Source of the DNA: a virus
Length of the DNA: 64,000 nt
Virus record (IMG/VR): IMGVR_UViG_3300023174_009221
Direction: 5' to 3' (one strand)
A program made the translations under genes and the position numbers. The stretch's first letter is position 1, and the number at the start of each line of letters is the position of its first letter. The notes below the pieces were generated by a model that was not told the origin of the DNA, searched no databases, and saw only the letters and a program-made list of their open reading frames with translations. Below are positions 29,312-39,815 of this stretch, piece after piece.

Positions 29312-29985
29312 TATCCTATTATATTTTTAATTAATTTCCAGTGATCTGGATGTCTTTGGTCATTTTCATCATAAATTTCACCTACAAATTGATAATCAAT
29401 TCTGTCGGTTGGAAACGGTTTAGTTTCGCCACCATAGTTAAGACCAAACTCTGAGTGCTCAAAAGCGTATTCTTTTAAAGAAGGGTATATCTGTGATAAA
29501 AAATCTTGGTCACATCCTTTCTTCGAATATCTATTCCATTCCGCTATTGAATTAGACAAATTTGATTCCCTTAAGATACCCCTTCGACAACCCCACATTC
29601 CACCTAATATAGGAACTGTATGATAAGGGTGGTCTCTCATAATATGAATGTCTTTATCGGACTTTAACCACTCATCTATGGCAAAAAACTCCCTGTCTGT
29701 AAATCTACTATCACAATCTCTTGAAAGAAAAATATCAACTTCTGGATCTTCTACAGCCCAGAATCTCCAAAACATGCCGTGAAAAGAATCTTTAGAATCC
29801 ACTAACACAACTTCAACACCATCACCTTTAATCGTTTCAATGAGTTCTTGATTGCAATTTTTATCTATATAAAATCTGCAAATCCAATCTGGAAAGTATT
29901 TTTTAACACCTTCAATATTTCTGATTGCACCAACCCAATACATTGGGTGATCTCCCCATAGAGAATAGGCTACGACATTTTTCAC
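29311..29985 (-). CDS. putative glycosyltransferase
   Basis: YSLWG, GMFWRF, SRDCDSR (DxD), HIMRDHPYH, ILGGMWG, DQDFL. Confidence 0.65.
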   Translation of the reverse strand: MKNVVAYSLWGDHPMYWVGAIRNIEGVKKYFPDWICRFYIDKNCNQELIETIKGDGVEVVLVDSKDSFHGMFWRFWAVEDPEVDIFLSRDCDSRFTDREFFAIDEWLKSDKDIHIMRDHPYHTVPILGGMWGCRRGILRESNLSNSIAEWNRYSKKGCDQDFLSQIYPSLKEYAFEHSEFGLNYGGETKPFPTDRIDYQFVGEIYDENDQRHPDHWKLIKNIIG

Positions 29986-30722
29986 TCTAAAATTGATTTA
30001 ATTTTCTGAACCACACCATCAAATCTAGACTTGTTTGTCATTTTATGCAGTGGTGATACTACCCGGTCTACCCATCTTTCTCTTTGGTGCCACATATGAA
30101 TTATAGTGTTGTTTAACAAATTTGTTGTTTGAAACTCCTCGCCAAAAACTGGCTCTAAATAATGAAACCTACACCCGGCTTCTTTTAACACCCACATAAA
30201 ATCATAATACGGTTCAGTTTCAGGCTTCCAAATCAACCCAAGGGGTTTTCCAGAAGATCCGAACTCCATATCCCATTCATAGTGCGAATGGTTCTTTTTT
30301 TCATACGGGTATTCTTCGATCCACTCACTTTTGAATTGACAAACTGCTGTTCGGTTGTTCCAAGAGTCAATACATTTTCTATTCATTATCATAAAAAATG
30401 AATTAAGAGCCATGTGATTTCCACTTCTATACTCAAAATGGCCGTCTGGTGGTCCGGCTATATCATAGTTGTTATCGGTCATATATTGAATCAAATTGTG
30501 AATTTCATCTGCTGATGTGATAAAGCAATCTTCATCAATATGAACATACCAATCGGCTTCATAACTTTTAGCAAAATCTAACCATTGATACCAAACAGTA
30601 AACCAACCAGATCTACCATCAAATTTGACTATATGTGATTCTCGGAAAAATTTTCTAATACAAGCTGACTGAAGCTCCTGTATATCAGAAAATGTGGAGG
30701 TGGTGAAAAATACTATCTTCAT
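29982..30722 (-). CDS. putative GT-A glycosyltransferase
   Basis: YVHIDEDCF (DxD), NSFFMIMN, EPYY, HMW. Confidence 0.6.
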   Translation of the reverse strand: MKIVFFTTSTFSDIQELQSACIRKFFRESHIVKFDGRSGWFTVWYQWLDFAKSYEADWYVHIDEDCFITSADEIHNLIQYMTDNNYDIAGPPDGHFEYRSGNHMALNSFFMIMNRKCIDSWNNRTAVCQFKSEWIEEYPYEKKNHSHYEWDMEFGSSGKPLGLIWKPETEPYYDFMWVLKEAGCRFHYLEPVFGEEFQTTNLLNNTIIHMWHQRERWVDRVVSPLHKMTNKSRFDGVVQKIKSILE

Positions 30723-30730
30723 TTAATTTT

Positions 30731-31324
30731 TTATTTTTTTATACCCCAGAAATATAAATCACAGTGTTTCGTCTCAACTTCGAATCTATAGGAAGAAAAT
30801 ATTGCATCAACATCAATGCAATTTCTGACATCTTCTTCTGTTACGTTTCTATAATACTCAGAATCCCAGTCTTCTCTGAAAACATTTGGCATAGTTATCC
30901 AATTTTCAGCAGAGTTACCTTGTGATGTTACAAGTTTTTCTCTATCTATCTTATCCTGTGTTTTAGTCCCGTGAATAGGTCTACCTGTAGTTGCGCAAGT
31001 AAATATTAAATACCCACCGGGTTTTAACATTCTAACAGCGTTCTGTATACTTTCTTTATAAAACGGATTGTGCTCCCAACACTCACAAGATATAATAGTA
31101 TCAAATGTTTCATCCGGTGCATCGTATTCGTTTGCAGGACAAACAACATCAACTCCTTTTCCTGGACCTATGTCCAATCCAGTAAAGTCGCAATTATCAA
31201 ACCAAGGTTTTTCGTTTCCATTAACATCAAATGATCCAATGTCTAAAACTTTACAGTTTGTAAATGCAGATGGGAATTCTTTTTTTATTCTGTCTAAATA
31301 ATCTTTTTGTTCTTTATGTGCCAC
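30731..31324 (-). CDS. class I SAM-dependent methyltransferase
   Basis: VLDIGS.DVNG, GLDIGPGKGVD, FDTIISCECWEH, LKPGG. Confidence 0.9.
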   Translation of the reverse strand: MAHKEQKDYLDRIKKEFPSAFTNCKVLDIGSFDVNGNEKPWFDNCDFTGLDIGPGKGVDVVCPANEYDAPDETFDTIISCECWEHNPFYKESIQNAVRMLKPGGYLIFTCATTGRPIHGTKTQDKIDREKLVTSQGNSAENWITMPNVFREDWDSEYYRNVTEEDVRNCIDVDAIFSSYRFEVETKHCDLYFWGIKK

Positions 31325-31372
31325 TCTTTTTTTGTTTTTTATATTTTAATTTTAATAAGGTACAAGACTAAG

Positions 31373-32074
31373 TCATATTTTAATTCTTTCTTCTACCGGT
31401 AATAATTTTCTCCTATTCCAAGTTATTTCATCTTCTTTCCACTTTTGATTATAAGCCCTATCTGCTTCATCTGAGTTTCTTTTACCAGCTGCATAGTGAA
31501 GATGTTCGAAAACCGTCTCGTCGTTTAATCTATCATCATAAAGTAAGCCCAAATCTTTTAAGTTATTATATAACTCACAATCTGAGAACATATGATTGTA
31601 AGAGGGGTGGTAAATTACGGAGTTTAACTTTTTTAAACAACCCCAAGTCATAATAGGAATTGTAATAGCCGGATGTAACATATTAGAAGAATCCGGTAAT
31701 TGATAACCATCTCTAACCATAAGACCAACATCTCCCATTTTTTCAAATTTATTTATTAAATAGGTGTCCCAATTTTGAGGAGCTAAAAAATCATCAGAGG
31801 CAAAAATAACAATATCACTTTCATCTACTACACCCATTTTAATTCCTAAATTAGAAGAAAGTTGATAAGAAGGATAACAAACACCAATCTTATTGGTGTT
31901 TAGAGTTATTATATAATCGTTTTTCAAATAATCTCTTAAATTATCAGCATGTTCCACCCAATTAACGGCGACATATGTTTTTATATTGTCTGGCGCATCA
32001 GACCGCCGAATCCACTCAGAGTGTGCGTCTTTAAATTGCTCTGGACGAATTGTGGCCCATAAAATATGTATCAT
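31373..32074 (-). CDS. GT2-like glycosyltransferase
   Basis: ATIRP, IVIFASDDF..PQNWD, YHPSY.HMFSD.EL, FEHLH. Confidence 0.75.
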   Translation of the reverse strand: MIHILWATIRPEQFKDAHSEWIRRSDAPDNIKTYVAVNWVEHADNLRDYLKNDYIITLNTNKIGVCYPSYQLSSNLGIKMGVVDESDIVIFASDDFLAPQNWDTYLINKFEKMGDVGLMVRDGYQLPDSSNMLHPAITIPIMTWGCLKKLNSVIYHPSYNHMFSDCELYNNLKDLGLLYDDRLNDETVFEHLHYAAGKRNSDEADRAYNQKWKEDEITWNRRKLLPVEERIKI

Positions 32075-32080
32075 ATCTGC

Positions 32081-33121
32081 TTAGTTATTTTCTATATCGT
32101 GTTTTGTCATAATTTCAACAAGTTGGTTGAATTTCACCTGTGGAGTCCACCCTAACACATCTTTTGCTTTAGAATAGTCTCCTAAGAGTAAATCTACTTC
32201 ACTTGGTCGATAGTATTTTTGACTAACTTCAATTATTGGGGTTCCATCTTCTAAAACTGCCTTTTCATCACTACCACTTCCAATCCATTTAATCCTTAAA
32301 TCACAATTGTGACAAGCCAATTCGACAAATTCTCTAATCGAATGCGTTTCACCGGTTGCAAGTACAAAGTCGTTAGGTCTATCTTGTTGTAACATCATCC
32401 ACATTCCTCTAACAAAGTCTTTAGCATAACCCCAGTCTCTTTTAGAATCAAGATTTCCTAATTTAATGGCGTCAAAATTATGACCGGATTCTATTGCTTT
32501 TTTAATCTTAGCTAATCCTTTTGTGATTTTTCTTGTCACAAAAGTCTCACCTCTGCGTTCACCTTCGTGATTAAAGAGTATACCATTACAAATATACATA
32601 CCATAAGATTCTCTATAATTTTTACAAATCCAAAGACCATACAACTTTGCAACACCATACGGGCTTCTGGGGTGCATTTTAGACTCCTCATTATATCCAG
32701 TCTGGGGCATATTATAACCGACCCCACCATATAATTCTGATGTAGAAGCTTGGTAAACTCTGGCTTGTGGGCAGTGGTTTTTAACGGCCTCTAAAATAGT
32801 TAGAGTTCCCAGCGCGTCAACTTGTGCCGTGTAATAGGGAATTTCAAAGCTAACTTTAACATGTGACTGGGCGGCTAAATTATAAACTTCATCTGGTTGT
32901 ATTTCTGAAATTAAATTTGATATAACAAGCGGATCGGTGACATCTCCATAATGTAATTTTAATTTATCAAAAATGTGATCGATTCTTTCAGTGTTAAAAG
33001 AAGACGTTCTTCTAATAATACCATGAACTTGGTAACCTTTTTCTAAAAGTAAGTCCGCAAGGTGACTTCCCGATTGACCGGTTATTCCTGTAATAAGCGC
33101 CTTTTTAGGTGATGTAGTCAT
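32081..33121 (-). CDS. gmd: GDP-mannose 4,6-dehydratase
   Basis: [53 protein letters not shown]. Confidence 0.97.
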   Translation of the reverse strand: MTTSPKKALITGITGQSGSHLADLLLEKGYQVHGIIRRTSSFNTERIDHIFDKLKLHYGDVTDPLVISNLISEIQPDEVYNLAAQSHVKVSFEIPYYTAQVDALGTLTILEAVKNHCPQARVYQASTSELYGGVGYNMPQTGYNEESKMHPRSPYGVAKLYGLWICKNYRESYGMYICNGILFNHEGERRGETFVTRKITKGLAKIKKAIESGHNFDAIKLGNLDSKRDWGYAKDFVRGMWMMLQQDRPNDFVLATGETHSIREFVELACHNCDLRIKWIGSGSDEKAVLEDGTPIIEVSQKYYRPSEVDLLLGDYSKAKDVLGWTPQVKFNQLVEIMTKHDIENN

Positions 33122-34025
33122 GATAAGTTTTTTTAATTCCTTCTTTTAATGTTGTTGAATGTTGCCAACCTAAACCTTTTAGTTTTGAAACATCTAAAAG
33201 TTTTCTCAATGTTCCATCTGGCATATCTAAATTAAAGTGGACTTCACCAGAAAATCCGACAATATCTCGTATTAAATAGGCCAAGTCTTTTATAGATATA
33301 TCAACACCTGTTCCGATATTTACAATTTCTGACCCATTGTAAGTTTTCACCAAATGTAGGCAAGCATCTGCTAAGTCATCAACATAGAGAAACTCCCTCA
33401 TAGGAGTTCCCGATCCCCATATTTCAACCGAACCTTTATTAGTTATTTTAGCCTCGTGAAATTTACGAATCAGGGCAGGAAGTACGTGCGAATTGTTTAA
33501 GTCGTAGTTGTCTTGAGGACCATACAAATTAGTCGGCATAACTGAAATAAAATTTGTCTGGTATTGCTTATTGAAATCCTGGCACATTTTTATACCCGCA
33601 ATTTTAGCAATTGCATAGGCGTCATTTGTCTTTTCGAGTAGACCTGATAAGAGATACTCTTCTTTAATTGGCTGTGGGCAATTTTTTGGATAGATACACG
33701 ATGAGCCTAAAAATAATAGTTTTTTTACCCCAAAATCAAAACAAGATTTGATAACATTGGTTTGTATCATTAAATTTTGATAGATAAAATCAGCTCGGTA
33801 TTTATCGTTAGCCAATATCCCACCAACTTTAGCAGCGGCTAAAAAAACATATTCTGGTTTTTCGTTTTTGAAGAAATTGACCACCTCAGATTGATTAGTT
33901 AAATCTAGTTCAGATTTAGATTTGAGAACTAAATTTGTGTAACCTAAATCTTTTAATTTTCTAACAATAGCAGACCCCACCATTCCACGGTGACCAGCCA
34001 CCCAAATTTTTGACGATAAGTCCAT
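33105..34025 (-). CDS. fcl: GDP-L-fucose synthase
   Basis: [48 protein letters not shown]. Confidence 0.97.
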   Translation of the reverse strand: MDLSSKIWVAGHRGMVGSAIVRKLKDLGYTNLVLKSKSELDLTNQSEVVNFFKNEKPEYVFLAAAKVGGILANDKYRADFIYQNLMIQTNVIKSCFDFGVKKLLFLGSSCIYPKNCPQPIKEEYLLSGLLEKTNDAYAIAKIAGIKMCQDFNKQYQTNFISVMPTNLYGPQDNYDLNNSHVLPALIRKFHEAKITNKGSVEIWGSGTPMREFLYVDDLADACLHLVKTYNGSEIVNIGTGVDISIKDLAYLIRDIVGFSGEVHFNLDMPDGTLRKLLDVSKLKGLGWQHSTTLKEGIKKTYHDYIT

Positions 34026-34029
34026 TATA

Positions 34030-34782
34030 TTATAATTGTTTTAGAGGATATCCTAACTCTAAGATAAGGTCTTTTAATTCATTATCAGAATTGACTAATG
34101 ATTTTGTTTGGTCAGTAAATTCTACTTGCGACACTCTGTCATTTATTTTCGATTTATCAAGATCTTCAAAAGAACTAACAGTTCCCTTAACTTGTGTATG
34201 GTCCCAAATTTCAAATGTCTTAAAGTTCTCAAAAAGAAATTGTTGTCTTATCTTTGGAGAATTAATCCAATCTTCAAATTTCAAGTGGTGACATTTTCTA
34301 TTAATTATCTCATAAGCTTGTTGTTTCCAGATTTGAATAAAGTGATTAGAAATATCGAATTGTATCTCTTTTCCTTGATTATCAAAAATTCCACCTAAAT
34401 TTTTTTTAACTCTGGAGGCCAAATTATCATAGAAATCCCTAATTAAAATAATCTTATGTCTTTCAATTGGGTAGTCTAAGCCATCATAACAAAAGTCATA
34501 AGGTGTCTGCCAGTTTTTGTCAGGTGAAAAAAGTGAAAAATTAGGTTCTACATTTTCATATCCAACAAACAGGTGTTGTATTCTTTTTCGTCGTTGGGTG
34601 AGATAAGGATGGATTTCGTGCTGGTCAAAATTTGCTTCATTTATATAATATAAATATTTATCTTCAATTTCTTGAAACTTACCCTGCATAGGTAATTCTT
34701 TTCCACAATAATTTTTAATTACCCAATTGATGATTGCGTGGTGTCCAGATCTGGCCAATCCTGTAAATTCAAATAACTTCAT
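34030..34782 (-). CDS. divergent sulfotransferase-fold protein
   Basis: [14 protein letters not shown] (5'-PSB-like), [12 protein letters not shown] (3'-PB-like). Confidence 0.6.
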   Translation of the reverse strand: MKLFEFTGLARSGHHAIINWVIKNYCGKELPMQGKFQEIEDKYLYYINEANFDQHEIHPYLTQRRKRIQHLFVGYENVEPNFSLFSPDKNWQTPYDFCYDGLDYPIERHKIILIRDFYDNLASRVKKNLGGIFDNQGKEIQFDISNHFIQIWKQQAYEIINRKCHHLKFEDWINSPKIRQQFLFENFKTFEIWDHTQVKGTVSSFEDLDKSKINDRVSQVEFTDQTKSLVNSDNELKDLILELGYPLKQL

Positions 34783-36881
34783 TATTCACCTTTTTTCTTT
34801 CTAACTTTTTTCTTTTTCTCACCTTCAATGGTAACTTTGATTGATTCAGTTGATGGATCAAAATCAAGATTCAATAAAGAACCTTTTTCAGGATTAGATT
34901 GTATGATTTCTTCTGTTAAGACATCTTCGACATTTCGCTGTATGGACCTTTTAAGTGGTCTAGCACCATACTGTGGATCAAATCCTTCTTTTGCAATATG
35001 GTCAATAGCCGATTGTGTGATATTTAGTGTAAATTCCATTTTCTGAACTCTATCAGTTAACTTAGACAACTCAATTTTGATAATCTCATCAATGTTTTCT
35101 TTTGAAAGTGAGTTAAACATAACAACATCATCTACACGATTCAGAAATTCAGGTGAAAATTTCTTTTTCAATTCTTTTTCTATCACCGCCTTAGTGTCAT
35201 CTTCTGCTTGTGCCTGTTTAGTTTTAGTAGAAAATCCGACTCCTGCTCCAAAATCTTTAACTTGTCTAGAACCGGTATTTGATGTCATAATAATAATCGT
35301 GTTCTTAAAATTAACTTTACGACCCAGTGAATCAGTTAGTTGACCGTCATCTAAAACCTGAAGAAGTAGATTGAAAACTTCAGGGTGTGCCTTTTCAATT
35401 TCATCTAATAAGACAACTGAATAAGGTTTTCTTCTGACTTTTTCTGTCAACTGACCACCCTCATCGTGACCGACATATCCCGGAGGTGCTCCAACAAGTC
35501 GAGATACGGCAAATTTTTCCATAAATTCAGACATGTCAATTCTAATTAAAGAGTCTTCTGAATCAAAAAGGTATTTAGCCAACACTTTAGCCAGTTGAGT
35601 TTTTCCAACTCCGGTTGGACCTAAAAACATAAATGAACCAATCGGTCTATTTGGATCCTTTAAGCCAACTCGACCTCTTTGAATAGCTTTAACAATTTTC
35701 TTCACAGCGTCGTCTTGGCCAATCACCTTACCGGAAATAGATTCCAACATTTTAGATAATTTTTCATTTTCATTTTGACTTACCTTAGTTACCGGAATAC
35801 CCGACATCATAGCAACAACTTCAGCCACTGAGTTTTCATCTACTTCGACTCGATTATTCTTTTGGTCATTTTCCCAGTTAACTCTTGCTTCTTCAAGTTG
35901 AAGATTAAGTTGTTTTTCGACATCTCGCAATTTAGCGGCTTCTTCGTATCTTTGACCCCGGATAACATCATTTTTCTTGTCTTTGATTTCAGACAATTTT
36001 TTCTCAACATCTGTAATTTCTTTGGGAACTACAATATTTGAAATATGGACACGGGCTCCAACTTCATCTAAGGCATCGATTGCCTTATCTGGTAGAAATC
36101 TATCTGTTAAATATCTTTCAGTTAAATCAACACAAGCCTTAATAGCATCTTCGGTGTAAATCACATTGTGGTGGTGCTCGTATCTATCTTTTATGTTATT
36201 TAGAATCTGAAAAGTTTCTTCATTAGAAGCTGGTTCAACTTGAACTTTTTGAAACCTTCTTTCCAAAGCACCATCTTTTTCGATATGTTTTCGATACTCA
36301 TCTAAAGTTGTAGCCCCAATGATTTGAATCTCACCTCTAGCAAGCGCTGGTTTTAACATATTTGAAGCATCAAGTGAACCGGAAGCCCCACCTGCACCAA
36401 TGATAGTATGGATTTCATCAATAAAAAGTATGACATCTGGTTCTTTTTCTACTTCTGCCATAAGGGCTTTAATTCTTTCTTCAAATTGACCACGGTATTT
36501 AGTCCCAGCAACCATTGAGGCCAAGTCTAACATAACAACTCTTTTATTAAAAAGTAGACGACTAACTTTTCTTTGAATAATTCTAAGTGCCAATCCCTCG
36601 GCAATTGAAGATTTTCCAACACCAGGCTCACCAATTAAAACCGGGTTATTCTTTTTTCTTCTAGATAAAATCTGGGAAACTCTTTCGATTTCTTTTTCAC
36701 GACCGACAATAGGATCTAATTTATTTTCCTCAGCCATTTTTGTTAAATCACGGCTATATGTGTCCAACACCGGTGTCTTAGACTTTGACTCACTTTTCTT
36801 CTGTGAACCAAATTTATCATCATCGTCATCATCATGCAAAGCGGCTTTGATATCTGGGTAAACTTGTTTTTGATTGTTCAT
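34782..36881 (-). CDS. clpC: ClpC-type AAA+ unfoldase lacking the N-terminal Clp domain
   Basis: Walker A motifs GEPGVGKS and GPTGVGKT, UVR-type middle coil QRYEEAAKLRD, GVGF ClpP-docking loop; only about 35 aa precede TPVLD. Confidence 0.93.
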   Translation of the reverse strand: MNNQKQVYPDIKAALHDDDDDDKFGSQKKSESKSKTPVLDTYSRDLTKMAEENKLDPIVGREKEIERVSQILSRRKKNNPVLIGEPGVGKSSIAEGLALRIIQRKVSRLLFNKRVVMLDLASMVAGTKYRGQFEERIKALMAEVEKEPDVILFIDEIHTIIGAGGASGSLDASNMLKPALARGEIQIIGATTLDEYRKHIEKDGALERRFQKVQVEPASNEETFQILNNIKDRYEHHHNVIYTEDAIKACVDLTERYLTDRFLPDKAIDALDEVGARVHISNIVVPKEITDVEKKLSEIKDKKNDVIRGQRYEEAAKLRDVEKQLNLQLEEARVNWENDQKNNRVEVDENSVAEVVAMMSGIPVTKVSQNENEKLSKMLESISGKVIGQDDAVKKIVKAIQRGRVGLKDPNRPIGSFMFLGPTGVGKTQLAKVLAKYLFDSEDSLIRIDMSEFMEKFAVSRLVGAPPGYVGHDEGGQLTEKVRRKPYSVVLLDEIEKAHPEVFNLLLQVLDDGQLTDSLGRKVNFKNTIIIMTSNTGSRQVKDFGAGVGFSTKTKQAQAEDDTKAVIEKELKKKFSPEFLNRVDDVVMFNSLSKENIDEIIKIELSKLTDRVQKMEFTLNITQSAIDHIAKEGFDPQYGARPLKRSIQRNVEDVLTEEIIQSNPEKGSLLNLDFDPSTESIKVTIEGEKKKKVRKKKGE

Positions 36882-36925
36882 TGTTTAAATTATATTTTTT
36901 ATTATATCTAATTTTTTGTTCTGGT

Positions 36926-37441
36926 TTATAAAACCACTTGGTTCAATTTTGATTTTTTTGTGTATTTATTTGAAAGACTCCTATTACTAAACTGCTTGAA
37001 ACCAGTGACTTCCATAATTAATTTATCATTTATAAATTTTGGTATTTCGAAATTAAAATCGATAGTTGGAATTTCAATTTCGGCTATTATCAAATGGTGA
37101 CCTCCGGTAAACAGGTCGACTTCCCAGAATAAATTACCATGGTCATAAATATATCTAGTCTTTGTTATAAATTTTGATTGATTGGTTTTACAATCATCAA
37201 CAAATTGGTTGTATTGTTGCTGTGATAGCGGTTTTTCTTGTTCATCATTGATACCCACATCAATTGATTTTTTAATTGTGTGAACAAAAAAAGAACCTCT
37301 GACATCAGAGTAGCAACACCTGGCTCTTTCCCAGACATTGTCGCTATTTTTAAGATACCATTGAAATATGTCGATTTTTTCGACCGGTTCTCTATTTGGA
37401 AGAGATTTTAGTAGGAATTTTCTTTCGATTTCTAAACCCAT
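36926..37441 (-). CDS. CYTH (triphosphate tunnel) domain protein
   Basis: EIERKF, KTRY, WEVD, IAEIE, EVTG..FSN; start reassigned to ATG 37441. Confidence 0.88.
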   Translation of the reverse strand: MGLEIERKFLLKSLPNREPVEKIDIFQWYLKNSDNVWERARCCYSDVRGSFFVHTIKKSIDVGINDEQEKPLSQQQYNQFVDDCKTNQSKFITKTRYIYDHGNLFWEVDLFTGGHHLIIAEIEIPTIDFNFEIPKFINDKLIMEVTGFKQFSNRSLSNKYTKKSKLNQVVL

Positions 37442-37506
37442 CAATAAAAAAGTTAAATTGTTAAAGTATCTTTTATACTCCTTCTTCAATAAAAAGTTTT
37501 AAAAAT

Positions 37507-37533
37507 AAAAAAACCTACAAAAATTGTAGGTTT
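37507..37533 (-). terminator. terminator of the tRNA transcript
   Basis: AAACCTACAA / TTGTAGGTTT hairpin followed by a T run on the minus strand. Confidence 0.75.
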
Positions 37534-37607
37534 AAGTGAATTTGGGTATTCACACTGATAAAATCAGACCCCCTATCAAGGGAAAGTTAACCACTACGAA
37601 AACTTTG

Positions 37608-37680
<73 letters not shown>

Positions 37681-37690
37681 ATATATTAAG

Positions 37691-37775
37691 CAGAGAAGGA
37701 GGGATTCGAACCCCCGGATCCGTAAAGATCAACGGTTTTCAAGACCGCCTCATTCGACCGCTCTGACACTTCTCT
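37691..37775 (-). tRNA. tRNA-Ser(TGA); CCA not encoded
   Basis: Cloverleaf with long variable arm, anticodon loop CT-TGA-AA, GGTTCGAATCC, G discriminator. Confidence 0.95.
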
Positions 37776-37847
37776 GTAAGAACTTTAATTATATCACAAA
37801 CTTAACAAAAAGATTTAAAATAAAAAAAATAATATCAAAAAAAATCT

Positions 37848-39794
37848 TCATATAGTCTCTTCGTCACCACCTTCTAAATAGTCTAAGAGATTTTCTATCA
37901 GGTTATCAGCTCTTTCGAAAAATTCAGAATTTTTAAAAAGTGTCTGATTCGCCACATAATAATTGATTCCCCTATTGGTATAAAAGGCCTCTATCAAGTT
38001 ATCAGGAACAAAAACTCCAGAATATTTCAATTGCATGACATAAGGCATCACCGTTGCCTTTGGATTATTTGAAAATCCATCATCTAAAACGTCACTATAA
38101 GACTGCGGTAATTCTTTTTCGCTATAATCATCAGCTCCGTCGTCACCGTGAACATAAAATGCGGCCACTTTTCCTTCAAGATGATTTCTTAACATATCAT
38201 CAAATTGTCCAGATTTAGCAAATTTACCAGTAATTTCTGGATTTTTTATATTACCATCACCCATCAGTTTTTTAGCATCATCAATTGTCAAAGTTAGATT
38301 GACACAAACTAATCGGTCAAATAAGGCCTTAATTTGAGAAGAAAGGGCGTGCCAATGAATAGGTGAAAAAACAATAAAAGCGTCACATTGTTGAAGAAGT
38401 TGATAAACACCCTCTTCTTTTAAAAGGTCTGGTTTTTGGGTATCTCCTTTAAAATAACATGAACAATTATGAATATTTATACCCTCGCAGTTAAATTGAT
38501 GTGAATTTGAAACCTCTATATCATAAACTGGTTTATATCCAATCTCTTTAATAGATTTTACTTTTGAATATTGATGTTTTAAAACCCTTCTTTCTAAATT
38601 AGAATATTCACTTAATTTTAATCTTTTTTTAATATTCAATAATTTTATATTATCACTAAATATCTTAACAGATTTTTGGTCTGATATCACTAAACAAGAT
38701 GTTCTTTGATGTTTTTTACCTCTAACCAAAATTTCTTTATGACTAATATCTGATATATTAGACCTTATACCAACTCTAGATAATAATAATTGAGCATCTC
38801 TTAAACAATTATAACTCGTATTGTATAGACTTATCTTACCACCTGATATACTACCATCTGTTGATATCCAACCATTGAAAAAGTTAAATATATCAGAGTT
38901 TGATTTAAAAACATTTATATTTAATCTTCTATTCTTAGCTCTTGTTTTTGGTAAGATACTTATCATTTTCTTACCTATTTCCGTACCAAAGTTAATTTTA
39001 ATCATTTCAGTATTATACTCATCATATAAATCATTAATTTTACAAGAATGATCAATTTTATGATCAATTATTGATACGAACTTATCGCTTAAAATACTTT
39101 GTATCTCCTTTATAAAATCAGATTCTTTTTTATCAACATATAATAAAGGCGTATTATTCACGAAAGTACCATCACCCCATATTAATCCATATATTAGAAA
39201 GTCATTATATATAACATCATCATTAAATACATTATCAGTTTCTATATAAGGAATATTATCACCTATTTTTATATTCTGTAACTCAACCCATTCCTCTTTT
39301 CTAAAGAATTTCCAATTAGATTCTTTTGTTCTAAACCTTTCTTTTGATAAAATTTTCACTTTATGTTCATTAGTTAATTCCAACTTTCTACCATCTGTTA
39401 ATTTTAACTCATAGACTAACTCAGAATCAGATGTTCTAACATGATTTAAAACAATATTACCATCTTGTAATATGTCACCTATTTTTAGATTTTGTATTTC
39501 TACAAATCCCTCATTTGTATGAACCCTTTGATCATAAGCAACACACTTAAAATGACAATGGTATCCACCAGCAGTCGATACGCATCCTTTACACGGCTGA
39601 ATTATAGCCTTCTTTTTATGATTTACAGCTAAATCGATTACTTTAAAATTGACAAAAGGCGACCACTTTTCTACTATGTAGTCTACAATCTTGTGAGTTT
39701 TTGAAACCATATGTGAACAGGTGTCGGGGTCTCTTGGAGAACCTTGAAAAACTAAAACCATTGGCTTTATATCACCTAATTTCCTGACTTTCAT
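37848..39794 (-). CDS. NAD(P)H-dependent FMN reductase / iron-sulfur flavoprotein, intein-containing
   Basis: FQGSPR, PCKGC, FSPIHWHALSSQIKALFDRL, LEGKVAAF; 288 aa after intein removal; TTAATATATA upstream (39801-39810). Confidence 0.85.
   Translation of the reverse strand: MKVRKLGDIKPMVLVFQGSPRDPDTCSHMVSKTHKIVDYIVEKWSPFVNFKVIDLAVNHKKKAIIQPCKGCVSTAGGYHCHFKCVAYDQRVHTNEGFVEIQNLKIGDILQDGNIVLNHVRTSDSELVYELKLTDGRKLELTNEHKVKILSKERFRTKESNWKFFRKEEWVELQNIKIGDNIPYIETDNVFNDDVIYNDFLIYGLIWGDGTFVNNTPLLYVDKKESDFIKEIQSILSDKFVSIIDHKIDHSCKINDLYDEYNTEMIKINFGTEIGKKMISILPKTRAKNRRLNINVFKSNSDIFNFFNGWISTDGSISGGKISLYNTSYNCLRDAQLLLSRVGIRSNISDISHKEILVRGKKHQRTSCLVISDQKSVKIFSDNIKLLNIKKRLKLSEYSNLERRVLKHQYSKVKSIKEIGYKPVYDIEVSNSHQFNCEGINIHNCSCYFKGDTQKPDLLKEEGVYQLLQQCDAFIVFSPIHWHALSSQIKALFDRLVCVNLTLTIDDAKKLMGDGNIKNPEITGKFAKSGQFDDMLRNHLEGKVAAFYVHGDDGADDYSEKELPQSYSDVLDDGFSNNPKATVMPYVMQLKYSGVFVPDNLIEAFYTNRGINYYVANQTLFKNSEFFERADNLIENLLDYLEGGDEETI
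38466..39545 (-). mobile_element. 360-aa intein with LAGLIDADG homing endonuclease
   Basis: Block A CVAYDQRV, block B LTNEHKV, LAGLIDADG helices IYGLIWGDG and FFNGWISTDG, block F/G VYDIEV...IHN followed by Cys. Confidence 0.93.
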
Positions 39795-39815
39795 CGCCAG
39801 TATATATTAAAAAAA

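Noticed and set aside
37691-37775. tRNA with TGA read as an opal suppressor or tRNA-Sec
   Set aside because: TGA is the anticodon (reads UCA, Ser); a suppressor would need anticodon TCA
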